A stretch of 64,000 nucleotides of DNA, taken from contig NC_073389.1 in assembly GCF_028641065.1 (NCBI RefSeq), positions 41,726,001-41,790,000 on the forward strand, read 5' to 3'. Source of the stretch: Leucoraja erinacea (taxonomy: Eukaryota). Below the pieces are notes generated by a model. That model made no database searches and had not been told where the DNA came from. It saw only the letters and a list, made by a program, of their open reading frames with translations. The stretch's first letter is position 1, and every line of letters starts with the position of its first letter. A program made the position numbers and the translations under genes. Of this stretch, positions 11,040 through 23,677 are shown one piece after another.

Positions 11040-11972
11040 ATGACAGCCAGAGCAGTGTACTGTTCGGGATGTCAGATGTGGGAGGTCATGGTGTCGGATG
11101 GCCCTCCAGACGTCCACATCTGCACCAGGTGCAGCGAGATGGGGCTCCTAAGGGACTGTATTAGGATCCTGGAGCAGCAGCTCGATGACCTCTGTCTGGT
11201 CAGGGAGAGTGAGGAGGTCATAGAGGGGAGTTATAGGGAGGTGGTCACTCCAAAACCACGGGAGAGAGACATGTGGGTCCCGCTAAGGAAGGGCAAGGGG
11301 CAGAGGCAGGGACGAGTCGGTACAATGTCGGTACACCTTGCAAATAAGTACTCCTGTTTGAGTACGGATGGGGGTGACAGCCTGCCCGGGGATAGCGATA
11401 GCGGACGGGCCTCCAGCACAGAGACCGGCCCTGTTACTCCTGAAGGTAGGGACGAAAAGAAGAGGGCAATAGTAATTGGGGACTCTATTGTTAGGGGGTC
11501 GAATAGGCGATTCTGTGGACGCAGTCGGGAGACCAGGATGGTGGTCTGCCTCCCTGGTGCCAAGGTCTCGGACGTGTCTCAATGCATCCAAGATATCCTG
11601 AAATCAGAGGGAGAGGAGCCTGAGGTCGTGGTACATATAGGTACCAATGACATAGGAAAAAAAAGGGAAGAGGTCCTGAAGGGAGTATTTAGGGAGTTGG
11701 GAGGAGAGTTAAGGAAAAGGACCAAAAAGGTAACAATCTCAGGATTACTGCCTGTGCCACGCGACAGTGAGAGTAGGAATGGGGCGAGGTGGAGGATAAA
11801 TGCGTGGCTGAAAGACTGGTGCAGAGGGCAGGGATTCAAGTTTCTGGATCATTGGGACTTCTTTTGGGGAAGGTTAGACCTGTACAGAAATGATGGGTTG
11901 CACTTGAACCCGAGGGGGACCAATATCCTGGCGGAGAAATTTGCAAAGGCTACTGGGGAGACTTTAAACTAG
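11040..11972 (+). CDS. CR1 ORF1p: C4 zinc finger, coiled coil and SGNH esterase domain
   Basis: CSGC..CTRC; heptad leucines; SGNH blocks VIGDSIVR, LPGA, HIGTND, DGLH; uninterrupted 310 aa. Confidence 0.92.
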   Translation: MTARAVYCSGCQMWEVMVSDGPPDVHICTRCSEMGLLRDCIRILEQQLDDLCLVRESEEVIEGSYREVVTPKPRERDMWVPLRKGKGQRQGRVGTMSVHLANKYSCLSTDGGDSLPGDSDSGRASSTETGPVTPEGRDEKKRAIVIGDSIVRGSNRRFCGRSRETRMVVCLPGAKVSDVSQCIQDILKSEGEEPEVVVHIGTNDIGKKREEVLKGVFRELGGELRKRTKKVTISGLLPVPRDSESRNGARWRINAWLKDWCRGQGFKFLDHWDFFWGRLDLYRNDGLHLNPRGTNILAEKFAKATGETLN

Positions 11973-12107
11973 AATGGTTGGGGCGAGGGACTCAAATAGA
12001 GAAAGCTAGTAGACAGAATGGGAGGCAGGAAGTAGAAAAGGGAAGCACTCGGGCACGAGGAGAAAGAAAAAAAAGGAAATAAACAGAGAATAAGAGGCGG
12101 GGGGTTT

Positions 12108-14901
12108 CTTAAATGTGCATATTTTAATGCTAGGAGCATTGTAAGAAAGGTGGATGAGCTTAGAGTCTGGATAGACACCTGGAAGTATGATGTTGTGGCG
12201 ATCAGTGAAACATGGTTGCAGGAGGGCTGTGATCGGAAACTAAATATTCCAGGATTTCGTTGCTTCAGGTGTGATAGAATTGGAGGGGCAAGAGGTGGAG
12301 GTGTTGCATTACTAGTCAGGGAAGATATTACAGCAGTGCTTTGGCAGGATAGATTGGAGGGCTCATCTAGGGAGGCTATTTGGGTGGAACTGAGAAGTGG
12401 GAAAGGGGTAGCAACACTTATAGGGGTGTATTATAGACCGCCAAATGGGGATCGAGAATTGGAAGAGCAAATATGTAAGGAGATAGCAGATATTCGTAGT
12501 AAGCACAAAGTAGTGATTGTGGGAGATTTCAACTTTCCACACATAGACTGGGAAACACATTCGGTAAATTGTCTGGATGGTTGGAGTTTGTAAAATGTGT
12601 GCAGGATAGTTTTTTGCAGCAATACATAGAGGTACCTACTAGAGGAGGGGCAGTGTTGGACCTCCTGTTAGGAAATGAGACGGGACAGGTGGCGGAGGTA
12701 TGCGTTGGGGAGCACTTCGGGTCCAGTGATCACAATACCATTAGTTTCAATATAATTATGGAGAGGACCTAGGGTTGAGATTATTGATTGGAGAAGGGCT
12801 AACTTTGATGAGATGCGAAATGATTTAAAAGGAGTGAACTGGGACATTTTGTTTTATGGGAAGGATGTAGAAGAGAAATGGAGGACATTTAAAGGGGAAA
12901 TTTTAAGCGTACAGAATCTTTATGTTCCTGTTCGGTTGAAAGGAAATAGTAAAAAGTGGACAGAGCCCTGGTTTTCAAGGGAAATTGGACATCTTGTTCG
13001 GAAAAAGAGGGAGATCTACTATAATTATAGGCAGCATGAAGTAAATGAGGTGATTGAGGAGTATAAGGAATGTAAAAAGAATCTTAAGAAAGAAATTAGA
13101 AAAGCTAAAAGAAGACATGAGGTTGCTTTGGCAAGTAAGGTGAAAGTAAATCCAAAGGGTTTCTACAGCTATATTAATAGCAAAAGGATAACGAGGGGTA
13201 AAATTGGTCCATTGGAGAGAAAGAGTGGACAGCTATCTGCAGAGCCAAAAGAGATGGGGGAGATATTGAACAATTTCTTTTCGTCGGTATTCACCAAGGA
13301 GAAGGATATTGAATTATGTGAGGTAAGTGAAACTAGTAGAGGAGCTATGGATACTATGAGTTTCAAAGTAAAAGAAGTACTGACACTTTTGAAAAATCTA
13401 AAAGTGGATAAGTCTCCATGTCCTGACAGGATATTCCCTAGGACATTGAGGGAAGTTAGTGTAGAAATAGTCGGGGCTATGACAGAAATATTTCAAATGT
13501 CATTAGAAACGGGAATCGTCCCCGAGGATTGGCGTACTGCGCATGTTGTTCCATTATTTAAAAAGGGTTTTAAGAGTAAACCTAGCAATTACAGGCCTGT
13601 TAGTTTGACTTCAGTGGTGGGCAAATTAATGGAAAAGATACTTAGAGATAATATATATAAGCATCTGGATAAACAGGGTCTGATTAGGAACAGTCAGCAT
13701 GGATTTGTGCCTGGAAGGTCATGTTTGACTAATCTTCTTGAATTTTTTGAAGAGGTTACTAGGGAAATTGACGAGGGTAAAGCAGTGGATGTTGTCTATA
13801 TGGACTTTAGTAAGGCCTTTGACAAGGTTCCTCATGGAAGGTTGGTTAAGAAGGTTCAACTGTTGGGTATAAATGCAGGAGTAGCAAGATGGATTCAACA
13901 GTGGCTGAATGGGAGAAGCCAGAGGGTAATGGTGGATGGTTGTTTGTCGGGTTGGAGGCAGGTGACTAGTGGGGTGCCTCGGGGATCGGTTGGGTCCTTT
14001 GTTGTTTGTCATGTACATCAATGATTTGGATGAAGGTGTGGTAAATTGGATTAGTAAGTATGCAGATGATACCAAGATAGGGGGTGTTGTGGATAATGAA
14101 GAGGATTTCCAAAGTCTACAGAGTGATTTAGGCCATTTGGAAGAATGGGCTGTAAGATGGCAGATGGAGTTTAATGCTGATAAATGTGAGGTGCTACACC
14201 TTGGCAGGACAAATCAAAATAGGACGTACATGGTAAATGGTAGGGAATTGAAGAATACAGTTGAACAGAGGAATCTGGGAATAACCGTGCATAGTTCCTT
14301 GAAGGTGGAATCTCATATAGATAGGGTGGTAAAGAAAGATTTTGGTATGCCAGCCTTTATAAATCAGAGCATTGAGTATAGAAGCTGGGATGTAATGTTA
14401 AAATTGTACAAGGCATTGGTGAGACCAAATCTGGAGTATGGTGTACAATTTCGGTCGCCCAATTATAGGAAGGATGTCAACAAAATAGAGAGAGTACAGA
14501 GGAGATTTACTAGAATGTTGCCTGGGTTTCAACAACTAAGTTACAGAGATAAGTTGAATAAGTTAGGTCTTTATTCTCTGGAGCGCAGAAGGTTAAGGGG
14601 GGACTTGATAGAGGTCTTTAAAATAATGAGAGGGATAGACAGAGTTGATGTGGATCAGCTTTTCCCTTTGAGAATAGGGAAGATTCAAACAAGAGGACAT
14701 GACTTCAGAATTAAGGGACAGAAGTTTAGGGGTAACATGAGGGGGAACTTCTTTACTCAGAGAGTGGTAGCGGTGTGGAATGAGCTTCCAGTGGAAGTGG
14801 TGGAGGCAGGTTCGTTGGTATCATTTAAAATTAAATTGGATAGGCATATGTATGAGAAGGGAATGGAGGGTTATGGTATGAGTGCAGGCAGGTGGGAATA
14901 A
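12108..14901 (+). pseudogene. CR1 ORF2 (APE endonuclease + reverse transcriptase) with three frameshifts
   Basis: FNARSI, SETW, GDFNFP, SSDH; NYRPVSLTS, YMDFSKAFDKV, YADD at ~14058; frame breaks near 12580, 12768 and 13990. Confidence 0.95.
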
Positions 14902-16377
14902 GGGAAAAAAGTTGTTCGGCACGGACTTGTAGGGCCGAGATGGCCTGTATCCGTGCTGTAATTGTTATATGGTTATATGGTTATCTACTCGTGTATATAT
15001 ACAGTATATATACAGTAGCGGCACCTAGTGGTGGCCTGGGGAATGACAAACCCTCGCTATTGGCTGGCGTGGTCATGTGATTGTGGTAGTGTTTTCCCAG
15101 GCTTTTCATTCAAGCTCCACTCAGTTAGAAGGAGTTTCGTTAATTTGGCTGTTTAAGACTCTCTCTCTCTCGTAAATCGCTTTATTATTGTTAAAAATAA
15201 ATAATTTTACTTTACTGGGATCACCGTTTGTAGCTCTGGAGTGTTGAGCCTGCAGAATCAACATCGCGGTGCTGTGGTTGTAGAGCTCCCAGCCTGGGCG
15301 ACGCTGTCCCAGGACACTTTGCCGGGAGCCGCCAGCGTTAAATCTCCGCCCAGCTTGGCCTGTGGACTTCGGGAGCAGCGGACTCTAGTAGGAAGTGGCC
15401 GATTCGGAGGTCCAATTCGCTGAAGATGTTATTTTGTTCCGACGTTGGAGTTCCATCGTCCTGGCGAGAGGGCCTGAACATCGGGCTGCCCAAATTTTAT
15501 TGTTCTCTCTGGTCTGCCATTCTTTTGGTCTCTTGGTCTGCCATTCTTTTGCCAGCTACCTTTATATATTATCCACTCAGCACACTGGATGATTCGTGTT
15601 ACAGAAGCGTTTGCAGCAATGCTGAAAAATACTGTCACTGTCCCGTGAAAAGGAAATGTAGTAATGCTAACTGGCAGTGTATGCTGGGTTCATCTCACAG
15701 ATGAGCTCACTGGGGCAAAACCACCAGCCACATGATGGTACAAAGGCACTGAATATAAATGTAGTTCATGCTATTTACTTCAATCCAAGGACTAGAGCAG
15801 TGATACAGTATATAGCCTATCATACACTCAGAAATATTCCCCTGTAGTACATGTTGTAAAGATGGGTAGACTCATGAATTCTACGTACATTCTTGATGCG
15901 TAATAGTTTAATTTATATTGAACAGGCAACAGATGTTCCATGTCAGTTATTACAAGCACAGGCAAGGCCAGCATTTATTGTCCTTTCCACAATGCCCATG
16001 AAATCAGACGCTTTCTCAGTCAGTTCAGAGGTCAACAGAGTCAAGGACTCGTAATTGAAAAGCAGCCCTGGCCATATTGTCAGGGATGCATTTTGATTAA
16101 TGGCGAGTAGTTAACTCTGACTCCTGGATGTATTGACCAGCCTGGGTAGAGACTAGTTCAGAAAGGTTTAGTGGGATGTAGGCCAAACACAGGTAAATGG
16201 GTCCAGCTTAGATAGGCATGAGCAAGTTGGTCTGGAGGGCCAGTTTCTGTGCTGCCTGAGTCTATGACTATGATTCTAAAATTATAAGCAAGGTTCTTCT
16301 CCAAAAAGTCAAAGAAAGTGATGGGCACATAAGTGTCAGATCTCTCAAGCACAGAAATAGGAATTTCATTTAATTTT

Positions 16378-16697
16378 AGTTTGGTTTAGAGATACAGGTC
16401 TTGGAAACAGGCCATTCGGCCCACTAAGTCCGTGCCGATCAGCAAACCCCGCACGCTAACACTATCCTACACATTATCCTACAGGGGCAATTTAGATTTA
16501 CAATTTACAGTTTTACCAAGCTAATTAGTCTACAAACCTGGACGCCTTTGGCGGAGGGAGGAAATCGGATATCCCGGAGAAAACCTATGCAGGTTGGGGA
16601 GAATGTACAAATTCCATACATACACTACCCATAGTCAAGATCAAACCCAGGTCTCTGGCACTCTAAGGCGGCAACTCTACCGCTGCACCACCGTGCC
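16378..16697 (-). mobile_element. V-SINE (HE1-like)
   Basis: Same tRNA head, V-domain and tail as the other copies. Confidence 0.85.
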
Positions 16698-17267
16698 CAT
16701 CCCTTTCTTTCAATCATGTACTAAAAATCCCTGATCAACACCTTTGCTGGTTGTAAATTCAATCACCAATGTAAACGTAAGTAGGCATGAAAAGCCCAAG
16801 TCCTGTAAATTCAAACTTAAATCTCCAGTTTGATAGTCCCATATATTCATCGAATAACTGTACTCTGATCCCCTAATTTCATTGGCATCTGTATACTCTT
16901 CATTGTACCTTTCAAGTGGATTAACGAAGTGTACAAATATTAAATTAAATGTGACCAGTTCTCTTCACAGATGATTTGTAACACAAGCTTAACCATGCAA
17001 TAACATAACCATGTAAAACTGACTTTCAGCACTTATTTCATTCTTGGTATCTTGGTATTGATTGTAGAGATGACAGTGTTATTGTCATATAAAAGGTTCG
17101 CTTTAGTACAATGTACAATTGCAGTTGATATTCAGATATTAAGATGCCAATATTTTCACAACCTACCGATTGTGTGTCTGAGTCCATATATGTCTCATCA
17201 ATCAGAGTTTCAGCTGACTCGGATGAATTATAGATCCAGGAATAGATTTTTTTCTGTTAAGATCATG

Positions 17268-17368
17268 CTAGAGAATGTACTGACTGATTGCATTAGAGCC
17301 TGGTTCGACAACTCAAACGTCGAGGAACAACAAGGTCTACAGAGAATGGTAGACACTTCCTGGTCCAT
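17268..17368 (+). mobile_element. Rex1/Babar RT C-terminal fragment
   Basis: LENVLTDCIRAWFDN..LQRMV resembles IESLLTYCITA(W)YG..LQRV at 48060-48140. Confidence 0.55.
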
Positions 17369-17369
17369 A

Positions 17370-17960
17370 TAGGGATGTTACAACATTTTGAGATGTTACA
17401 ATTCAAGCCTGCAATTTATCCCATCAGATAAAGCATAAAAAGATCTTTAATTTGATACCCAATCACTTTCATATCTTCAGTATTAAAAAAGGTTATGGTC
17501 ATTTTCATACTCGGATATTAACATCTTGTTCCCTAATGTCTTTCCATTAACTTAACACATCGAAGACAGTCAATTGACATAAAAGCCCATAACTTTCTTA
17601 AAAATTAAGAGAACTGAATGACATTTTCAGTTATTATAGATTGAAGCATTCTGAAATAAATATGATACATCTTACTTGGATGACCTGAAATATAATTAGT
17701 TAATTACCTAATTAAGTAGCTAATTACAAAATTAACTTGCACCGGAAATAGTAATACACACCCAGACTGCCTTGAAAATTCAAAATGTGATATTCTCAAG
17801 AACAGAAATGTAATATTATTGTATTATACGCTGTAAGTCCATAACAGACAGGTGAAGAAATTACAATTTCTAGCAAATGACCAAGTCTTCATGGAGAAGA
17901 TCAGCTGCAGGCAGGTACAATGGCATATCATAATCAGTTGCATCATCATAATCCTCAGAC
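17370..17960. mobile_element. DNA transposon left arm related to 48577-49436
   Basis: agggatgttacaacattttgagat..gcaatttatcccatcagataaagcata shared over ~200 bp; no right TIR seen. Confidence 0.65.
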
Positions 17961-17994
17961 TGCAACCAATAAACAACTCTGTACACCTTGTTTT

Positions 17995-18190
17995 TGATTT
18001 GATTCAACTTTATTGTCATTGTCCATAGTACAAGTACTTAGACAATTAAATAATTTTTCCCATACAGCCATACGAATAAAAAAAATAAAAGCACAGAACA
18101 CGATAGACCATAGCACAAACATCCCTACAGCGGTACCAACGTTTTTGCACTGTGAGGGAAGGCACCAAAGTTCAGTCACCTCCTCGTTGA
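17995..18190 (-). mobile_element. 3' end of a non-LTR retroposon (Rex1/L2-type tail)
   Basis: Reverse complement ends acaatggacaatgacaataaagttgaatcaaatc. Confidence 0.5.
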
Positions 18191-18194
18191 TGTT

Positions 18195-18362
18195 CCAGAG
18201 GTTTCCATTCAGGTTTCTTAAGTGGGACAGGGGCATAAGGAAACCTGAACGGAAACCTCTGGAGACTTTGTTCCCCACCCAAGGTTTCCGTGCGGTTCCC
18301 AGAGGTTCCCGGAGATTTTTGTCAGTCTCCCTAATGGTTCGAAAGTGGTTTCCGCTTCTTCT
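18195..18362. mobile_element. Rearranged PIF/Harbinger-type MITE (same family as 40636-40861)
   Basis: Right TIR agtgggacaggggca-TAA followed by left-arm sequence ggaaacctgaacggaaacctctggagactttg. Confidence 0.7.
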
Positions 18363-19019
18363 ATAGACCCTTCTTTAGACCCAACTCAGCCTGAAGAAGG
18401 GTCTCGTCACGAAATGTCGCCTATTCTTCTTCTCCAGACCTGTCTGAGCCGTTTAGTTACTCCAGCATTTTTTATCACTCTTGATTCTTAACTCTTGATA
18501 ATCAGTCCATCCCTTGCTTAAAATGCCAGCCACCCTTAAGTAAGAGATCTTTTCAAACTGGACTTGATGCTGAAGTGTTGACTTATGAGCGTTATTCGTG
18601 GGAACTTGCGAAACATAATCCAGACCCTAAATCGGATACATTTGTAAATTCAAACAGTGTTTCTGATGATAGGCGGTTAAAAACAATGGGAACTGGCGTT
18701 TAAACCCTAATGCCAAACATCTGAATAAATATTAAGGGGAAAATATTCTTCCTCCATTCTTCAGCTTTCTGCATGGGAATTTTGCATGCGTCAATTCTAC
18801 TTTGGGAAATAAATGCTCTATGATTAATGAGTGTTACGCGATGCATTGAGAGAGTCCTTCCCACAGGCACCACTCAGCCCGTGACCCATGACAGGAGTGA
18901 AAGTTACTGAGTGGTTGGCACAGTAAAGCCTTTGTAAAATTTGCTGCTTTAGGTCTGTGTGTTATGGAGCTTTTTGCATTTTATACATTTCAAGAAGTTG
19001 GAAAGGCATTTAAAAGAAA

Positions 19020-19815
19020 CATAGAGAATATAGAGTACAGGAACATAACCTTCAGCCCATCATGCCGAACTAACCTAATCTCATCCACATGCATGTGGTC
19101 CATATCCCTCTATTATTTGCCCATTCGTGTATCTGACTAATTGTCTCATAAATATTGTTATTGTATCTCTTTTTACCACCTCACCTAGCAGTGTGTTCCA
19201 GGCACCTTTTACTCTCTGGTCTGAAGAAAGGTCTCAATCCGAAACGTCACCCATTCCTTCTCTCCAGAGATGCTGCCTGTCTCGCTGAGTTACTACAGCA
19301 TTTTATGTCTATCTTCGATTTAAACCAGCATCTGCAGTTCATTCCTACACCTTTTACTCTCTGTTTTATAAAAAAAACTTGCCTTGCATATCTCACTTAC
19401 ACTATCTTCCTCTCACCCTAAACCTATGCCCTCTGGTATTTGCCATTTCCACCCTCGGAAATATAAACACTTATCTATGCCTTTCATAATTGTATATGCT
19501 TCTATCAGGTTGCCCCTCAGCCCCCAACACTCCAGAGAAAACAATCCAAGTTTGTCGTAACATCACTTTGTAGCTAATATACTCCAATCCAGGCAACTTC
19601 CTGGTGAAGGTCGACACAAAAAGCTGGAGTAACTCAGCGGGACAGGCAGCATCTCTGGAGAGAAGGAATGGGTGACGTTTCGGGTCGAGACCCTACTTCA
19701 GTCTGAGTTACTCCAGCTTTTTGTGGCTATATTCGGTTTCAACCAGCATCTGCAGTTCCTTCTTACACAAACTCCCTGGTGAATCTCTTCTGCACCATCT
19801 CCAAAGCCTCCACAC
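19020..19815 (-). mobile_element. Old CR1 3' fragment interrupted by two Penelope-derived repeats (19218-19348 and 19608-19770)
   Basis: LINE sequence resumes after each insert; caccttttactctctg is duplicated around the first insert. Confidence 0.7.
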
Positions 19816-20491
19816 CCTTAGTCCAGCTCACTTTTAAAATAAAAGCAGTAAATGCTGCAAATTCGCACCAGGTTAGACAGCATCTGTGGAGAGAAAAACA
19901 GCGTTAATGTTCAAGTTGATAATAACCTATTATCAGAATGGATCTTTCAGATGAAAGATTGTGAATCTGAAACTTTCCTTCTCTCCATGTTCCATAGATA
20001 CTCTGAGTTGCTGCATATTTCTTCCGCTTTCAAATTTTATCTCAGCTTTTCAGCATCTGTTTTTTGTTGCTTTTAGCTCACTTTTGATGTGCAGTCATTG
20101 GATTAGTAAACACAATAAGCAGTATACACCAACTCCAAATGGATAATAGTCATGAGATTTTCTGCGTCTTCCACTAAAATTACTAAGACAACCCATCAGG
20201 GAAATTTATTTCTGTCAGAGACACAAGGCACTGCAGATGCTGGAATCTGAAGCAAAGAACGATGTGCTGGAGGAACAATGGGTTAGGCAACACCTGGGAA
20301 GGGAATGGACAGGCAACATTTTGGGTTAGGACTGTTCTTCAAACTGATTGACTATTCAGGCTATTTCTGACTGAATTGGCTGATAAAAGAATGTTAGAAA
20401 GAGCTCATTCACCCTTTTCAAGTAGATCACATGACTGTACTGAATTTCCTGAGTGAACAAATAGGTCTGGTTTAAGATTGCATCAGAACCA

Positions 20492-20652
20492 TGGCACAGT
20501 GACACAGTGGTAGAGTTGATGCCTTACAGTGCCAGAGACCTAGAGTCGATCCTGACTATGAGCGCTGTCTGTACTGAGTTTGAATGAAGTTTATACGTTC
20601 ACCCCGTGACCTGCGTAGGTTTTCTTCGGGACCTCCAATTTCCTCCCACACC
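20492..20652 (+). mobile_element. V-SINE 5' part
   Basis: tRNA-like head and partial V-domain. Confidence 0.75.
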
Positions 20653-20879
20653 CAGGGAGGAAATGGGTTCATTCAGTTAGTCTTGAAGGTTGGAAGATGT
20701 GTGTCACAGGCAGGTGGAATATAAACAACAAACCAGCTAGCATCACCACACAGTAAATAGGAGCAAAAACACTCTTTAATTCAACCAGGTACTCGCCTTT
20801 GCCCAGATGGCAGCTTTGGGTCGCCCAGCCATGGTAAAGCAGATAAGGTGGGTGCAAAGGCTGTTCCTTTGTTAGATCT

Positions 20880-21290
20880 GGCTCAGAAAATAAGAGCAGG
20901 GAGGTTGTGGTGGAAAAGTGCAAAGCACCAGTTTGGACCACAGTTGGAGCACTATGCACAGTTCACGTCTCCAGATTGTAGGAAAAATGTAATAATGCTG
21001 GAGCGTTCGCCAAATAAATTCATAAGTGCTTCGTCAGAGCTGAAGGATTTTAACTATCAACAAAGAACTGACAGGCTGGTTTGTTTTCTTTGGAGCAGAG
21101 AGGGCTGACTGGAGATTTTACTGGGGGCGTATAAAGTCACGGTTGGCCCATTGTAAAGGAGCTTCAGTAAGGTGGTTAATTACTGAGGGTGTAGATTTAG
21201 AATGATTGCTGGTGGTTACGAAGAGGATTTAGAGGAGAAATCTCATTCATCCAGAGGATGAAGCTCACTGCTTGACGAACTGATTGAACT
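20880..21290 (+). mobile_element. Highly degraded CR1 RT C-terminal region
   Basis: PQLEHYAQFTSPDCRKNVIMLER resembles PHLEYCVQFWSP.YRKD. Confidence 0.6.
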
Positions 21291-21898
21291 TGAAATTCTC
21301 CCCACAAGCCGCTGATTAGGAGTTGGGATAATTAATCATCAGATGGAATGAACACTATGCAGAGTAAATTTTTACAATTCTTTAATCCTGGTGGTTTTAC
21401 TCCTCTCCTGCGCATTATAGTATCGCGAGCCTTCCCTCACCCGCCTGATTTATCTGTGAATCAACCCCTCCTTACCTAAATCCACTAATCACTTGTCAGC
21501 TCTGGTTCCGTCCATTTCCCTCACCTCGTTCTAACAGGTTATGTTCGTTCGCTCCATCAGCCTGAAGGAGGGTCCAGACCCAAAATCTCATCTGTCCATT
21601 TCTCTCCATCGAGGCTGCCTGACCTGCTGAGTTCCTCCAGTAATCAGCTTTTTTTTACTGTTGTCCAGGTCACAGGGTCGTACAGTGTAGAAACAGGCCA
21701 TTCAGCCCAACTTGCCCACAACCTGCCTCCGTTTTGGCCTTTTCCCTCTAAACCTGTCCTATCCATGTTCCTGTCCAAATGTTTCTTATACTATATATAC
21801 TCCATGCCTCAGGGCTTGCTCTTCATGCGAAAGGGCATCTTCATGAACTGAGAAATGGCAAATTGGACATGACGTTATCTATTGATCAGTGAAACAAA

Positions 21899-22110
21899 AA
21901 CATAGAAACTAGGTGCAGGAGTAGGCCATTCAGCCCTTCGAGCCAGCACCGCCATTCAATATGATCATGGCTGATCATCCAAAATCAGTACCCTGTTCCA
22001 TTTTTTTCCCCATATCCCTTGATCCCGTTAGCCTTAAGAGCTAAATCTAACTGTCTTTAAAACATCCAGTGAATTGGCCTCCACTGCCTTCTGTGGCAAA
22101 GAATTCCACA
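21899..22110 (-). mobile_element. CR1/HER1 3' end
   Basis: catagaaactaggtgcaggagtaggccattc tail motif. Confidence 0.8.
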
Positions 22111-22514
22111 ATTCTCTGAACTTCCTCATTTCTTCCTTAATGGAGGCAAGGACATTCATGAAGTTAATGAAGGTGATTTGATTTAGAACAGTGTGCTGAC
22201 AACCCCAGCAGAGATACCCTGGAGTGGATTTAATTGACCAACAACCAAACTATCTTCCTGTGCGCTGGGCATGACTACAATCAATAGACATTTTTCCCCA
22301 TTACTAAGATTCTCTGATACTGTATTTATTTAAACTGCTTCAATAGCAACCTAAATGATACATAAGTTTTATGATTCTCTATCATTTCTTTCATGGATGC
22401 ACATTGCTCTTATGGTCACATTTGCGAAATGCTAACACAGTGAAATTCTCTATCCCACTAGAGTGTTGCCATACCCCTGATTCTCGATTAGCAAGTGTAC
22501 AGAAATAGTCCACT

Positions 22515-23592
22515 TTAGAAATCTAGAAATAGACAATAGATGCAAGAGTAGGCCATTCACCCCATCGAGCCAGCACCGCCATTCAAGATGATCATGGCCG
22601 ATCATCCACAATCAGTACTCCGATCCTGCCTTCTCCCCATATCCCTTGATTCTGCAAGCCTTAAGAGCTCTATCTAACTCTGTTTTGAATGCACCCAATG
22701 AATTAGCCTCCACTGCCTTATGAGGCAGAGAATTCCACAAATTCACAACTCTCTGGGTGAAAAAGTATGTCCTCATCAAAGTTCTTAATGGCCTACCCCC
22801 TTATTCTTAAACTGTGGTTCCTAGTTCTGCACTTCCCCAACATAGGAAACATGTTTCCTGCTTCTAGCGTGTCCAATCCCTTAATAATTTTATATGTTTC
22901 TATAAGATCTCCTCTCATCCTAAATTCCAGTGAATACAAGCACAGTCGCTCCATTCTTTCATCATATGACAGTCCCGTCATTCCGGGTATTAACCTCGTG
23001 AACCTACGCTGCACTCCCTCAATAGCACAAATGTCCTTCCTCAAATTAGGAGACCAAAACTGCACACAATACTCCAGGTGTGGTCTCACCAGGGCCCTGT
23101 ACAACTGCGGAAGGACCGCTTTGCTCCTATACTCAACTTCTCTCGTTATGAAGGCCAACATGCCATTAGCTTTCTTCACTGCCAGCGGTACCTGCATGCT
23201 TACTTTCAGTGACAGATGTACAAGGACACCCAGGTCTCGCTTTACTTCCCCTTTTCCTAACCTGACACCCTCAGATAATAATCTGCCTTCCTGTTCTTGC
23301 CACCACTGCATCTGACATGCATCTCCCCACTCACCCAACCTGTCCAAGTCACCCTGCATCCTCATAGCATCCTCTTAACAATTCACACTGCCACCCAGCT
23401 TTGAGTCATCTGCAAATTTGCTAATGTTACTTTTATTTCCTTCATCTAAATCATTGATGTATATTGTAAATAGCTGCGGTCCCAACACTGAGCCTTGCGG
23501 CACCCCATTAGTCACTGCCTGCCATTCTGAAAGGGACCCATTAATCTCTACTCTGTGTTTCCTGTCTGCCAACCAATTTTCTATCCATGTCT
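22515..23592 (-). mobile_element. CR1/HER1 LINE RT-to-3' fragment
   Basis: [28 protein letters not shown] in ORFs 23375-23572 and 22793-23365. Confidence 0.93.
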
Positions 23593-23677
23593 ATCAGTGT
23601 CTCCGGCTTTGGACGAGGTGCTGCTGTGCTCTGAGCAACCTGGTCATGGGTGTTGGAGAGTCGGGGCGGAGGGAGGG

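Larger units (their letters stand above)
10435..14983 (+). mobile_element. Near full-length CR1-clade LINE (5'UTR, ORF1, ORF2, 3'UTR, (ttatatgg)n tail)
   Basis: Esterase-type ORF1, APE+RT ORF2, CR1 C-terminus TRGH..FFTQRVV.VWNELP, 8-bp tail repeat. The 5' boundary is inferred; no convincing TSD found. Confidence 0.93.

Noticed and set aside
10420-15000. Target-site duplication for the full-length CR1 (atctagcagtg versus atctactcgtg)
   Set aside because: Only 5 contiguous matches; not distinguishable from chance.
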